Source of the DNA: Hormiphora californensis
Lineage: Eukaryota > Animalia > Ctenophora
Assembly (NCBI GenBank): GCA_020137815.1
Contig: CM035359.1
Coordinates: forward strand, 310,001 to 374,000
DNA length: 64,000 bases
Reading direction: 5' to 3'
The notes under the pieces were generated by a model. The model did no database searches, had not been told where the DNA came from, and saw only the letters and a list, made by a program, of their open reading frames with translations. How positions within the stretch are numbered: position 1 is the first letter of the stretch; each line of letters starts with the position of its first letter. Positions 1-12,263 of the stretch are shown in pieces. Both the position numbers and the translations under genes were made by a program.

Positions 1-12
1 GTAAAAGAGGAA

Positions 13-507
13 ATGAACAGCTACTCATCTGCCCTTCAGACCGCTGCTACCAATATGAAGCAGACGTGTGTATCTGCTCTAGCTCCCACCAAGATACGTG
101 CTGCCCTGGCCAGCGCCACAGTTGACCGATCTGCGAATCTGATAGTCTATGGACTAGCCGAGAACAATGATGACAGCGACTCTACCAGGGTAAAGGAATT
201 GTTTCAGAATTTGGCCGAGGCACCTGTATTGGTGGAGGTTGATAGACTGGGGAGGAGGCGTGATGAGCATGTGCGTCCTGTTCGTGTGGTATTGAGGAGC
301 AGGGAAGTAGCTAGGACTATTTTGGGCAAATCTGCTCAGCTGAGGGACTCCGATACTCATCAGTCTGTATACATTTCCCCAGACAGAACTCTAGAAGAAA
401 GGGCTGAAAGGAGGGATCTTGTTGCCAGAATGAGAGAGAAGAGGGAGAAAGAGCCAGAGAAGGTTTTTAGAATCAGGAGAGGTTCTGTTATCGAGATCAA
501 TGAGTGA
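13..507 (+). mobile_element. Non-LTR retrotransposon ORF1-like protein (RRM + C-terminal domain, CR1/L2/Jockey-type), 5'-truncated at the window edge; no ORF2 follows
   Basis: Motifs RSANLIVYGLAE...RLGR...RPVRVVL...ILGKSAQLR...VYISPDRTLEER typical of LINE ORF1p. A (TTGA)n run at ~869-888 could be the 3' tail. Confidence 0.7.
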
Positions 508-1304
508 GTGATTTTATGTGTGAGAAGGGGAGAGACTGAGCTGCTATATCGTGTATGTTCTTGTGCTCGGGCGAGAATGAGAACGAGAGAGGGAGACATG
601 AGCTTTGATAAACCGCTACATATTCACTTCATTTTTCAGAATTTCTATAATTACTACCATTATTACCTTTGAAGTGTGAAACATATTGTTCGGACACGGT
701 GGGTACCAGGGTGGGGCATCCTGGTAAACGCACACAAAAGACCTTACCCGTCTTCGTGTTATTAGCCTTGATGCGGCACCCTGTATCCCCACCCAGTTTT
801 GTCCAGTGTGGCTGGTTTTCTTGACATTATATATTTAATTTCGGCACATGCCACTGCCAGCGGCAGTTTTGATTGATTGATTGATTGAGGAAATAAAATA
901 AGATACAACGAATATATATGATTATCAAGTTACATGTATGTACGTGTCTCTGATACACACGTGCTACCATCCAGGGCCTTAATTGTTTAGCTGTTGTTTT
1001 GTCTGTGCGGATGTCTCTCTCTCAAGTTTACTCCGTACTTCCGAGTTCCGGCCTTCTGCATGGCCTTGCCTAATATGAAAAAATTCAACAGACCTGCTAG
1101 ATGTGTAACAGTGGTGCTATTGGCCACACGCATAGCACCAGAAAATTAGATAGTCATTCGTGAATCTAACTTTCCTGGAAAGACAGAACAGATATATTTC
1201 TGGAAAATCTGAGAATCTGAGAATCTGTGTAGTGATCTACATTCTGTGGCCTTCTGTGAATAGTGCTTGTTAACCAACCATTATCATCTCTCTTTCTCTC
1301 ACTG

Positions 1305-1391
<87 letters not shown>

Positions 1392-1544
1392 AAATCTCAC
1401 AAATCTATCGCTTCTCTTTCCTAAGTCCTAAGTCCTGAAAGGAATATTTTCTCCGTCTTACTTTCCTTTTTATCTTTTAACATGATCGAAAAGTGCAGGA
1501 GAGAGAGGGAGAGAACGATAGAGAGAGATGAATTAGGGAATGAA

Positions 1545-1583
<39 letters not shown>

Positions 1584-2206
1584 CTTTGGACTACTCGTAA
1601 ATTCGATTGTCCATCGAAACTGAATGATGAGAAATAGGAAGGGAGGCTGGGAGAAATGAAGGTAAAGATAAATTCGATATATTTTTCGAAACGAAACTGC
1701 CCCTGCATAATGCAATTCCCAGATTCTGAGTATATTTTTTAATGATAACACGTACAGGAAAGAAAACTGTATTATATTTCCATCCTAGAAATCGAGGTGA
1801 GAGAAACAGACAAACATCAGCTGATTGAGAGACGAGTAGAGAGAGACAGAGGGACAGAGAGGGAGACAGAGAGACAAAGAGACAAAGAGACAGAGAGAAA
1901 GAGAGGCAAAGGGACAGAGAGAGAGACAGAGAGGCAAAGAGAGACAAAGAGAGACAAAGAGACAGAGAGACAGAGAGAGACAGACAGCGACAGAGAGAGA
2001 AACAGAGAGAGAGAGAGAGAGAGCACGGGGACAGGGAATGAAGTTTTCTCTAGATTTGCGATCGTACCCCAGTTTCTAGACAAATAATAATAATTGGCTA
2101 AAAAATCACACAGAATTTCTGCAGAATATTTTGTACCAGATACCAGTGAGACGGTAATAAATGGAATAATTAACTCTCTCTCTGTCTCTCTCCCTCTCTC
2201 CCTCTC

Positions 2207-2237
<31 letters not shown>

Positions 2238-2363
2238 CCCCCTCTCTCTCTCTCTCTCTCTCTCTCTTCCAAGAGACTTTTCAGCCTTGTTTACTTAACG
2301 CTATTGTTATTACTACCAACACTAGAGAGAAAATCACACACTTTTCGAGGAATTTGCATTATA

Positions 2364-2460
2364 CAGTTGGACCCCGATTTACCGGGATTCTCGAGGGATG
2401 GGTTTGCCCGGTATATCGGGGTTTCGGTAAATCGGGGCCCGGTAAATCAGGGTCCGACTG
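2364..2460. mobile_element. Short Tc1/mariner-type MITE (CAGTCGGACCCCGATTT TIR family)
   Basis: TA|CAGTTGGACCCCGATTTACCGGG...CCGGTAAATCAGGGTCCGACTG|TA. Same family at ~5700-6172, 7380-7431, 19044-19215, 37678-38549, 44383-44658 and 52137-52202. Confidence 0.75.
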
Positions 2461-2982
2461 TAAAGGAATTATTCCCACTGCATAATTTTTTCAGAAAGCC
2501 CGCCCACACACTATAACTGCAGCACTGATATATCTCTCCATCTCACAACTAAACACTTTGTTCAGAAAGAGGTGATAATGTGTACACAGCTGTGTAACAC
2601 ACTCTAGAATTGGGAGACAAGTGGTCTGCATAACAGTGCTGCTTGTAGTCGTATTACCGTAATGGAAATACAGTAAGGAGACGCGCACGTTCCATAACAC
2701 GCAGCAAAAAGTGCATGTGTTCAGCACGTACTAGCGTACTGATTGGCCACGGTTGTGCGTCGTCTTACTGTATCTCCGTTTTCCATTACCGTTTTCCCAC
2801 TACAAGCGACCGTGTAAGTAAGAGGAAACTCTAGCTCAATGGTTGTCCAATAATGGAGCTCCAGGTCACAAAACTCGATTCCTTCCCTACGGCCTAAGGA
2901 CAGTTTTGGTTTTGATCTTTTGGTTTTGATAAATAAATAATACCCGGCGTGGAAAAATGTATAGGTAGAAGGGCGTGGCACG

Positions 2983-3589
2983 AAAACTTGAAACAGTGTT
3001 AAAGAAACTTGAAACAGGGTTAAAGAAACTTGAAACAGGGTTAAAGAAACTTGAAACAGGGTTAAAGAAACTTGAAACAGGGTTAAAGAAACTTGAAACA
3101 GTGTTAAAGAAACTTGAAACAGGGTTAAAGAAACTTGAAACAGGGTTAAAGAAACTTGAAAACAGGGTTAAAAGAAACTTGAAACAGGGTTAAAGAAACT
3201 TGAAACAGGGTTAAAGAAACTTGAAACAGGGTTAAAGAAACTTGAAACAGGGTTAAAGAAACTTGAAACAGGGTTAAAGAAACTTGAAACAGGGTTAAAG
3301 AAACTTGAAACAGGGTTAAAGAAACTTGAACAGGGTTAAAGAAACTTGAAACAGTGTTAAAGAAACTTGAAACAGGGTTAAAGAAACTTGAAACAGGGTT
3401 AAAGAAACTTGAAACAGTGTTAAAGAAACTTGAAACAGGGTTAAAGAAACTTGAAACAGTGTTAAAGAAACTTGAAACAGTGTTAAAGAAACTTGAAACA
3501 GTGTTAAAGAAACTTGAAACAGGGTTAAAGAAACTTGAAACAGTGTTAAAGAAACTTGAAACAGTGTTAAAGAAACTTGAAACAGGGTT
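2983..3589. repeat. 21-bp minisatellite (AAAGAAACTTGAAACAG[G/T]GTT) x ~29
   Basis: Direct tandem repeat with one variable position and a few 1-nt indels. Confidence 0.95.
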
Positions 3590-3821
3590 GATGTTGTTCG
3601 CTCTCCTTGCTGACAGTGAGCTCCGCAAGCGGGCAATATTCGAGAATATCGCGTGGGACGCAATACCCATAGTCATGAATCATGGACACATTACATATTA
3701 GTATTGACCACATAAAATGTGTGTACATACTAACTGCACAAATTTCATCAGAAATTCTCGATATTTCTCTGCCTCTCTCTGTCTCTCAGTCTCTCTCTCT
3801 GTCTCTCTCTCTCTCTCTCTC

Positions 3822-3888
<67 letters not shown>

Positions 3889-4347
3889 TTCTCTCTCTAT
3901 CTATCTCTCTCTCTCTCCCTCACATACTTCCGGGAAATTTACGTGTACGTGTACGTGTGAGCTAACCCTCTTTATTCTTACAAATTGCCTTTCTGTGGCC
4001 ATGCCTAAAATGGCTGTGCATGTCGCCTGTCGGTAAAACATGTAAAAGTAAATTTATATTGAGACAAAACGACTTGCAGTAGCGCGCGGTGTCCTTGTTG
4101 TGGGGATGGTCAAACATGGTCTCGCGCGGAGCAAACATCACGCGCCTTCTTTTCGTCAGACTGAAGAAATGAACATTCAGAAATTTAATTGTTCATTCAT
4201 CAATTCTAAACTATTTTTATCTCTGAGTTTTTCATGGACGTCTCTCACGTCATGTCATAGAGAATATAAATTATGCAGAATCTCTTTTCTGTCCTACCCA
4301 TTCATAAACCCATAGTACACAATATAATATATTGAATATATAGAATA

Positions 4348-5022
4348 CTAGTAGGCCCGTTCGCCCTACGGGCGAATTTCGGGGAAATGGTAGCTGGATT
4401 AGGGACCGCTGACATCACCTGCACCATCCGTTCCTAGCCTATCTCTCACTTTCTCCCTACTCATGTTGGTGTACGCTCTGGGCTTCCTGACAATGTCGAG
4501 GTGCGAATTTAAGAGATCAATGTCATGGAGGTGCAGTGCTGTTCCAGAAACTCATCAGGTGAAAACTTGGCCGCTATGTAGCCGATTTGGAGATTTCTAT
4601 ATTCGACTGGAGTAATCACCCTTGGGCGACTTTGGGTAAAGCTATCCGTAGTCGTTGTCCGTTGATTGGCTCGCTTGAACACGTTGGCGTAATCTGCCAT
4701 ATTCTCTAGCCTGCTCCCTGACAGCAGCAGTTCTCCTGGACCTAGATAAACGTTGCCGAATAGCACTTTGGGTGGAAGAGCCTAGGACATCCGGAGACAG
4801 AAGTAAAAGAATGCACGTGCAGAGAATTGAATCCCTCACGCCCTTGGTACCCAAAACTGCAACTGGGAAGTGAGGGTTTCTAAGTTGCCTCTAAAATTGC
4901 ACGTGCAAGTGTAGTTGCTAGGTGACAACCGTTTACACCAATTGCTTAGTAAGTAGAGTATGATGGGCGCTTAAACAGGAAGCTGAAGCACAAAAAAAAC
5001 AAAACGCATCCTTTTATAAGAG
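4348..5022 (-). mobile_element. Possible non-autonomous Helitron
   Basis: Minus-strand 3' end: GC-rich hairpin GCCCGT...ACGGGC, then CTACTAG|T (4378-4347). Candidate 5' end TCTCTTATAAAAGG near 5022. Confidence 0.4.
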
Positions 5023-5195
5023 ACAGAGAGAGAGAGAGAGACGAGGAGATGAGAGGAGACGATAAGAGAGAGAGATATGATCGAAGAGAGAGAGAGATAT
5101 ACGCGGGGGATATAGGATAAAGATACGTCTTATCTCTCTCTCTCTCTCGCTCGCTCTCTCTCTCGCTCCTCTCTCTCTCTCTCTCTCTCCCTCCC

Positions 5196-5238
<43 letters not shown>

Positions 5239-6539
5239 ACTAATAACCAGTTTTACCGCGTGTTCAGTTTCAATTCAGTGTGACGTGTCTGTCATTTTAA
5301 GATGAGGTCCTACACAGAGTTGTACTGTGTGCGTTTTACTGCGTACTACACAGTAACACGCACACTACACACAGTGTGTACATTGCAACGTGGGTGCTTT
5401 GTATAATTCTCTTTGTGTGTTATGTAATTCAATTCTATGAGACCTCTTAGTAAAATGTGTGTGACGCCCTTACTACTCTCATTGTGAGTGTACTTTGTGT
5501 TAGTCTTCTCATTGCTGAGAGAGCACTTAGCATTGTGATTTTATAACGTGTACAATCTATCTCTGTGTGTAACACTCTCTTTCTCGGAGAACTTTCCATG
5601 AGGCGTTATAATAGATGACGTGTGATATTATTACACACAACATGTTTTCATTTTGCTCGATCTTGTCGGTCCATTTTCCTCACCCCTAAATAGCAGTACA
5701 GTCAGTCGGACCCGATATACCGGGATACTTCTCTCTCTTCTTGCTTGAAAAAAATATCATATTTTTATGTTCCTAGTGTTACACATAGGTTGCAATAAAG
5801 GTGTACATATTTGCAAAATGTTAGGATATTTGTGTGCAACCGTGAAGATTAAGCATAATAAGTGAAGATAAAGCATAATATTTTTGAAACAGGGCCGAGC
5901 AAGGCGGTCTGATATATCCTTAGGTATTTTCTCTCTTAATATATTACATTACATAATATTCAAAACTCTTGGAAATAGACAATGTCTAACCCTAAAAATT
6001 ACAGTATCAACTTATTGCGAGCCTTATATTGCCCAAGTAATGCTATTACTAATAATTATAGTATCTCTCTACTATAACAATTTACCGGAACCCCAATTTA
6101 CCGGCAGGATAATCTTCCCCCAAGATAGGCAAACACTTTTCCCCAGAGCATCCCGGTAAATCGGGTCCGACTATAATCGATGAATATCATCGTCGACACG
6201 TACCCCTACATTCCATTGCATAATCCGCATAATAATATTTGCCAACCCGACACATATGTGTGCACAATGCACATTCCTTGGTGCAGTGGGAAAGTTCTTA
6301 ATTAATGGCAATTAAATTAATGACAATTAAATTATTTTTTCTAACTCCATCCCCTTGTCTAAACCCTCATCCTTGACCATTCTATCTAATCATAATAGAT
6401 CTAACATGTCTCTTTCTTAATCAATCTCTCCCCACCTATCTCTAACATGTCTCTTTCCTAATCAATCTCTCCCCACCTATCTTTCCCCACCTATCTCTAA
6501 CCTGTCTCTTTCCTAATCAATCTCTCCCAGCTTCCTGTG

Positions 6540-9500
6540 ATGGCAGCCAGCCTTCAGACTGGCCCGGTCCCCGCCGCTGCCCCTTACCAGGACTTTGTGG
6601 ATTCTTATCTAGCACAGGTGGGAGAAAAGGGGAACGAGGGAGAAGGATTGTTGGTGGGAGAGAGGGAGAAGGGGTGGTGGGAGAGAGGTAGAAGGGGTGG
6701 TGGGAGAGAGGGAGAAAGATAGAGATCTCCCTGGCCCTAATGTGTAATTAATAATTAACAATTTTACTAACTATACGACAACTAAAAGTATAATACCTTT
6801 TCTTCAGAAAGATAGATCTCCCTAGCCCTAATGTGTAATTAATAATTAACAATTTTACTAACTATACGACAACTAAAAGTATAATACCTTTTCTTCAGGC
6901 AGGATTCTGGCATGGTTTCGTGGTATCATTAGCGGTTATCATTGTCTCTGAGATCGGAGACAAAACATTCTTCATTGCTGCCATCATGGCCATGAAGAAT
7001 CCCAGGATGTTAATTTTCAGTGCAGCCATATCCGCCCTTGGTAGGTACAGCTGGTGATGAGATCCCCTATTATGTGTGTAGGGGTGGCCGCGTCACCAAT
7101 AGGTACAGCGAGACCAGTTTGGAGGTCCCCCAGTGGCCCCCCACTCCAAGCATTACACGGTCGCTTGTAGTGGGAAAACGGTAATGGAAAACGAAGTTAC
7201 AGTAAGACGACGCGCAACCGTGACCAATCAGGGCGCTAGTAAGTGCTGACACATGAACTTTTTGCCGCGCGTTATGTACCGTGCGCGTCTCCTTACTGTA
7301 TTTTGCGTTACCGTATTTTGACTGCAAGCAGCACTGTTACAGCTGGTACTATATTGTATTATACTATACTGTACTATACTGTCGGACCCCTCGATTTACT
7401 GGGTTTTGCTCGGTAAATCGGGGTCCGACTGCAGTACTGGTAGTTGTGTTCCCCTATTGTTTACATTTCGTAACAAAGTTTTTTGTAACCCATCGCTGTA
7501 AAAGTGTGTCCCCCTGTATTTTGATAAGCTGGTCTCTTACCGGTCGCTAAATGGTCTCTTACTCACCCAATAAGTGCAAGTTATGTCAGACCAATGCTCT
7601 GGCCGCAGTTCTCGCACGCTATTTGAAGAAATGAGAATAGGGTCAGGCCAATGCTCTGACAGTATATAAGTTGTGTCTCTCTGAATCAATTATGCCATAT
7701 ATGGTCATGTTCCCTCCCTGCAGGTATCATGCACGTGTTATCTGTAGTGTTGGGACTCGCTACCACAATTATTCCGCAGATCTACACCTTCTACGCGGCA
7801 ACCTTCCTTTTCGTTCTGTTTGGTAAGTGCATCTATACTATAGATTCTATAGGGCCCAACTTGATGGACTCCCCGGCCTGGGCTCATCTGGGGCCCGGTG
7901 TGCGTGTACCTATGTTTTTTAGGGCCCAACTTGATGGGCTCCCCCTGGACTCCCCCTGGGGCCCGGGGTGCGTGTACCTATGTTTTTTGGGACTCTAACA
8001 GGATGCTTGTTACGATTTAGTGTTTAAAAATCAAACTGAATAAATAACATTTATAGAGAAATAACATTTATAGAGAAACTTTTATAGAAATGTCATATAT
8101 ACTCACTTTCACACATGTTTACAGTTTGCAAGTACCTTGCGTTGCTTGCACTGTGTATATCGACACACTGAATATTAAAAGGATTCCATAAAATCCTAGA
8201 ACCCCCCTCCCGCTAGAATCATGTCACTAGGAATCCTTCTACCATCTTCAAGTAGTAATAAAATGCATGGTGTGATGCATATATGATGAAATCTATACAG
8301 CAACTATAGGGCATCATCGTGGTTGTGTTATGTACAGGGTGTTCACATGGGATAACGTTTGTAAAGATCCCATATATGAACACCCTGTACCTACTTACTT
8401 TGTGTCCTTTGTCTCAGAAAAGACCGCCCCAAACCGGGTCGAATGATGTCTGTGTGTGTGTGTGTGTAACAGTCATGCCAACGTGTCCTGTGTGGTGGAC
8501 AGCTAGTTTATTACATGTGCGACATCCAATACTTTTATTTACACAGACATTCGATGGGTACATGTGTCTTGCTCGACCCTGTCTCACAAAACACGCACAC
8601 ATGTCTTTTAGTGCAGATAAAACAAACAAGTTACATCACGCGTTTATATCGGCTCAATCAGTACCAATTACACGATTGCCAACATTCACCTGTCTGCCCC
8701 CCCCCCCCCCCCCCCCCGCACATTCAATATTCAATAACTAACTCCCCCCCCCCCCCTACTACAGTGTAGGCCCCTAAACCCTTCAATAACTAACTACTAT
8801 TATTGGTTACGAAGTTACCACTTGCCAGCGCGCGCGAAGGTCGCCCGGCAGAGTGTGAGGTGTCTTCGATACCAACTACTATTACAGGTGTACGGATGTT
8901 GTATGAGGGCTACCACATGGATGCTGACGAAGGCCAGGAAGAGCTGGAACAAGTCCAGATGGAGCTGAAAAAGAAGGAGGAAGAGGTAATCTAGCACTTT
9001 TCACTTTTTAATAGTTTAGATTACTTTCGGGCAGCTGTCATTGGTCATCCTCCAGACGCAGCAATCACAAACAAACAATAGTTTAGATACACAATTCGAT
9101 CATGTCATTTACCATTCCCTCATTGAGTACAGCTGTACCCCTTTTGCTGTGAGTGAAAGTGGTTTATCAAAGTCACCTACCCCGGGGTGCTCAAATACCA
9201 AGTAAAAGCGTGAGCTGAGAGAAAACAAAGTATGTCCCCTGTCATCCCATTTATATAACTTCATATCCCCCCTTCAGATCGACAACCAAAAATCAGTATC
9301 GGACCTGGAGTCAGGGGGTGAGACAAGCTCAGATCCAACATCATCCATGATCCAATCCCTCCTGAAGGCAGTATTCTCTCCCATCTTCCTAACCGCCTTT
9401 ACTATGACATTCCTTGCTGAATGGGGAGACAGATCGCAAATCACCACTATTATCCTTTCGTCAAGAGAGGTAATTAGTTATTACCAATTAAATAATTAAT

Positions 9501-10258
9501 TAGTTAATTATTACTAATAATCCTCCCTCCTGGTTTAAATGTTCTTACCCTCCTTTACACAAAGAGTGTTTGTCCCCCCTATTTGTTTCCAGCTGGGAGC
9601 TCCCAACTACCAATGATTGCATGTATTATCCCATCATTATCTAACATCCCCCCCGTTCTCAGGACCCCTACCAACTACCAATGATCATGTATTATATCCC
9701 ATCATTATCTAACATCTCCCCCGTTAGATCATGTATTATATCCCATCATTATCTAACATCCCCCCCCCCCCCCCGTTCTCAGGACCCCTACCAACTACCA
9801 ATGATCATGTATTATATCCCACCATTATCTCCCCCCCCCACTAGGACCCCTGGGGTGTATGTTTTGGAGGGATCCTCGGACACAGTCTCTGTACCGCGAT
9901 GGCTGTTATTGGCGGGAGGATGATCGCCCAGAAAATAAGTGTTCGAACTGGTAAGTTATTGTTATTTGAATGGCTGAATTAAATGACACGTTCTGAGATC
10001 TATTCTTTGGTTGTATTCAGGTCAACTCCAATAAAGCCGGGTGTGGCCCCGTGATCAGAAGTTCAATTCGTTATTTAGCAACACCTAATCCCCAACTCCT
10101 AATCCCCAACTCCTAATCCACAACTCCTAATCCGCAACTCCTAATTTCCGCAACTCCTAACCCGCATTTTTTCTTTTTCAGTTACCTTGATAGGAGGGTG
10201 TGTTTTCCTTCTGTTTGCCGTTTCATCAATCTACTCTGGCCCAGCTGGGGACGAATAA
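6540..10258 (+). CDS. TMEM165: TMEM165/GDT1 family (UPF0016) Ca2+/Mn2+ transporter, 7 coding exons
   Basis: Exons 6531/6540-6617, 6899-7040, 7724-7822, 8888-8985, 9278-9469, 9845-9950, 10182-10258; all GT-AG and phase-compatible. Both family motifs EIGDKT and EWGDRSQ are present, plus the acidic loop (EELEQVQMELKKKEEE) and LGHSLCT...GGRMIAQKISVRTVTLIGG. Confidence 0.95.
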
Positions 10259-12263
10259 AACTCGAGTTGCATGTTACCATGGTTACCATGGTTACCCTAG
10301 CAATATCAGGGAGACGGGGTGCAGGCATTCTAAGTAGTGTTGGAGCTCAGGACGGGGTGCAGGCATTCTAAGTAGTGTCAAATGTTGGAGCTCAACATGT
10401 TGGTCACGTGCGGATAATTTGAGTTTGACATTGGAGACACTACAAATTTTATAGCATTGACATGATTTTCATATATATAGGGACGACAGGAACTGTTAGC
10501 TTTTTGTTATTTGTCAGACAGTTAATACCTCTAAATTTCCATACATGTACCCAAAGCTAGGGATGGAGAGTTCTCTCCTGTATGGCGGTGCCAGACCCCA
10601 TTTGATTCTCAGATGGGGTCGCGGCGCCAGACAGGTTCTCTGTTGCCAGAGCATTAGCTTGACAGGTTCTCTGCGAGAGAAAGAATGTTTTATTTTTCCA
10701 GTAATACAATATATTCGTGTGTGCTACAGCTCTGTTTAATTTAACGTTGGGAAAGATAATAGCATTATTTATTTATTTTAATTTGTTATACAATCAGCTG
10801 TACCAATACACAGCTTATACAGAGATAATCGTTTAGCAGTGGTAGTGGGGCTCGGACTGTTGGCTCCATTGCAACCTATTCTCGTAAGATCGATCTCGGT
10901 TGCTGCGCGACCTCGATCTCACTCCGGCATCAATGTGGCCAACTCGGCCTGTATGGCGGCGCCATACCCCATTTGATTCAGTGCGCTCAGACGGGGTCGG
11001 CGGCGCCAGACGACAGACAGGGGTTGGCAGAGCAATGGAGCTCGCGAAAGGGATAAGGGGGAGGAGGTAGGCAAATATGTGACGGTTGACAAGTTCCATG
11101 TTCACCAAACAACAGTGCATTATAGTATATGGTTGTGTTTCTATATTGTAATTGAAGATTGAGATTAAACAATCGTAAAAATGGTAATCTTATTTTGTCC
11201 GTCAATGCTTCCGAAGAGCCCTGGTCTCGTTCGAAACTATTCATAGTTTACGCGATGTCATCTTCAAGTAATGGAGCGCAAGCGCAGAGGTTTACATTTC
11301 TACGACGCTTATTAACGCGCCGCACGCGCGCTGGCCTTTGCATTTCAAAATAAATAAAATCTGTCCCGAGCCAGAAGAAATCAAAAACACTTTTTTCTCA
11401 AAAACACTTTTTTAATTTTCCGCAGTTCAAAAACAGAAACTTGGCAAACTCATCAATGTAGGCACCAGTTAGAGATTACCAGGCATCAGTTCCCAAGCTG
11501 ATGGCCGGGAAGCAAGTGAGTGCTGACGTGCGCGTTTAGCTCTACTTTCTATCAGGGGCGGCTCTGCCATGCGGACGATGCGGACGCGTCCGCATTTTTA
11601 CTTCGGATCATGGAGAGAAAAAGAAAAAATTCAAGAAAAAGGGCAAATTTTTCTCAAAATTTGATGTTTTGAATGGGATTTTTAGTGAAATCTGCGCGCC
11701 ACACAGATTTTTTTGCCGTCGCAGTATTTATTTGTCCGCGCGCTACGTCAAAATAGCCAATGCGGACCGTCCGCAGTGGGTATTTCGACGGAACGCGCGA
11801 GTTAAACATGTTTCGGCCGCATATTGGCCAGAGCGGCAGAAAGCCGCGCACCGCCCCTGCTTTCTATTCAATTTACGTGACACGCAGCAATGTCGCATGG
11901 TTCCCACAGAACCTTCTGTATGCCCGGCCATCAGGAACGCGTGCCCTGATATCAGGGAACGTCCCCTGATATCAGGGTATCAATCTGTAACTGGTGCGTA
12001 ATACGCACTGCGTATGGGTACTGTCTGGTTGAAAACTGCTACTTCATTCCGCACTGCATATGCAAACTTTCCTCGCACGGTTAGCAAATGAACATTCATA
12101 CTTTTTTGATTTCGGCGGTCGAGACGGTTTAGGGTTTTTACTTTTTTGGTAAGGCCATTTTCAGTTCGGAACTGGGTGATCCCCGCTTTTGTTGCATCAA
12201 TCGGAGTCGCAATAAAATCTAACCTAAACCCTTAATGCCCTTGTTCCCAAATAGTGAATCGCC

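Noticed and set aside
1290-2270. SLSLSL/ERERER ORFs here and at 3682-3965, 29475-30023, 37145-37393, 50925-51203, 59548-59968 and 62751-63633
   Set aside because: These are translations of (CT)n/(GA)n microsatellites with no protein features.
2975-3701. KKLETGL heptad 'coiled-coil protein'
   Set aside because: An artefact of the 21-bp minisatellite; indels break the frame, and there is no start or splice context on the plus strand.
5020-5700. Irregular GA/CT/CA-rich stretch
   Set aside because: It looks like error-rich gap-fill or decayed simple repeats, with no interpretable feature.
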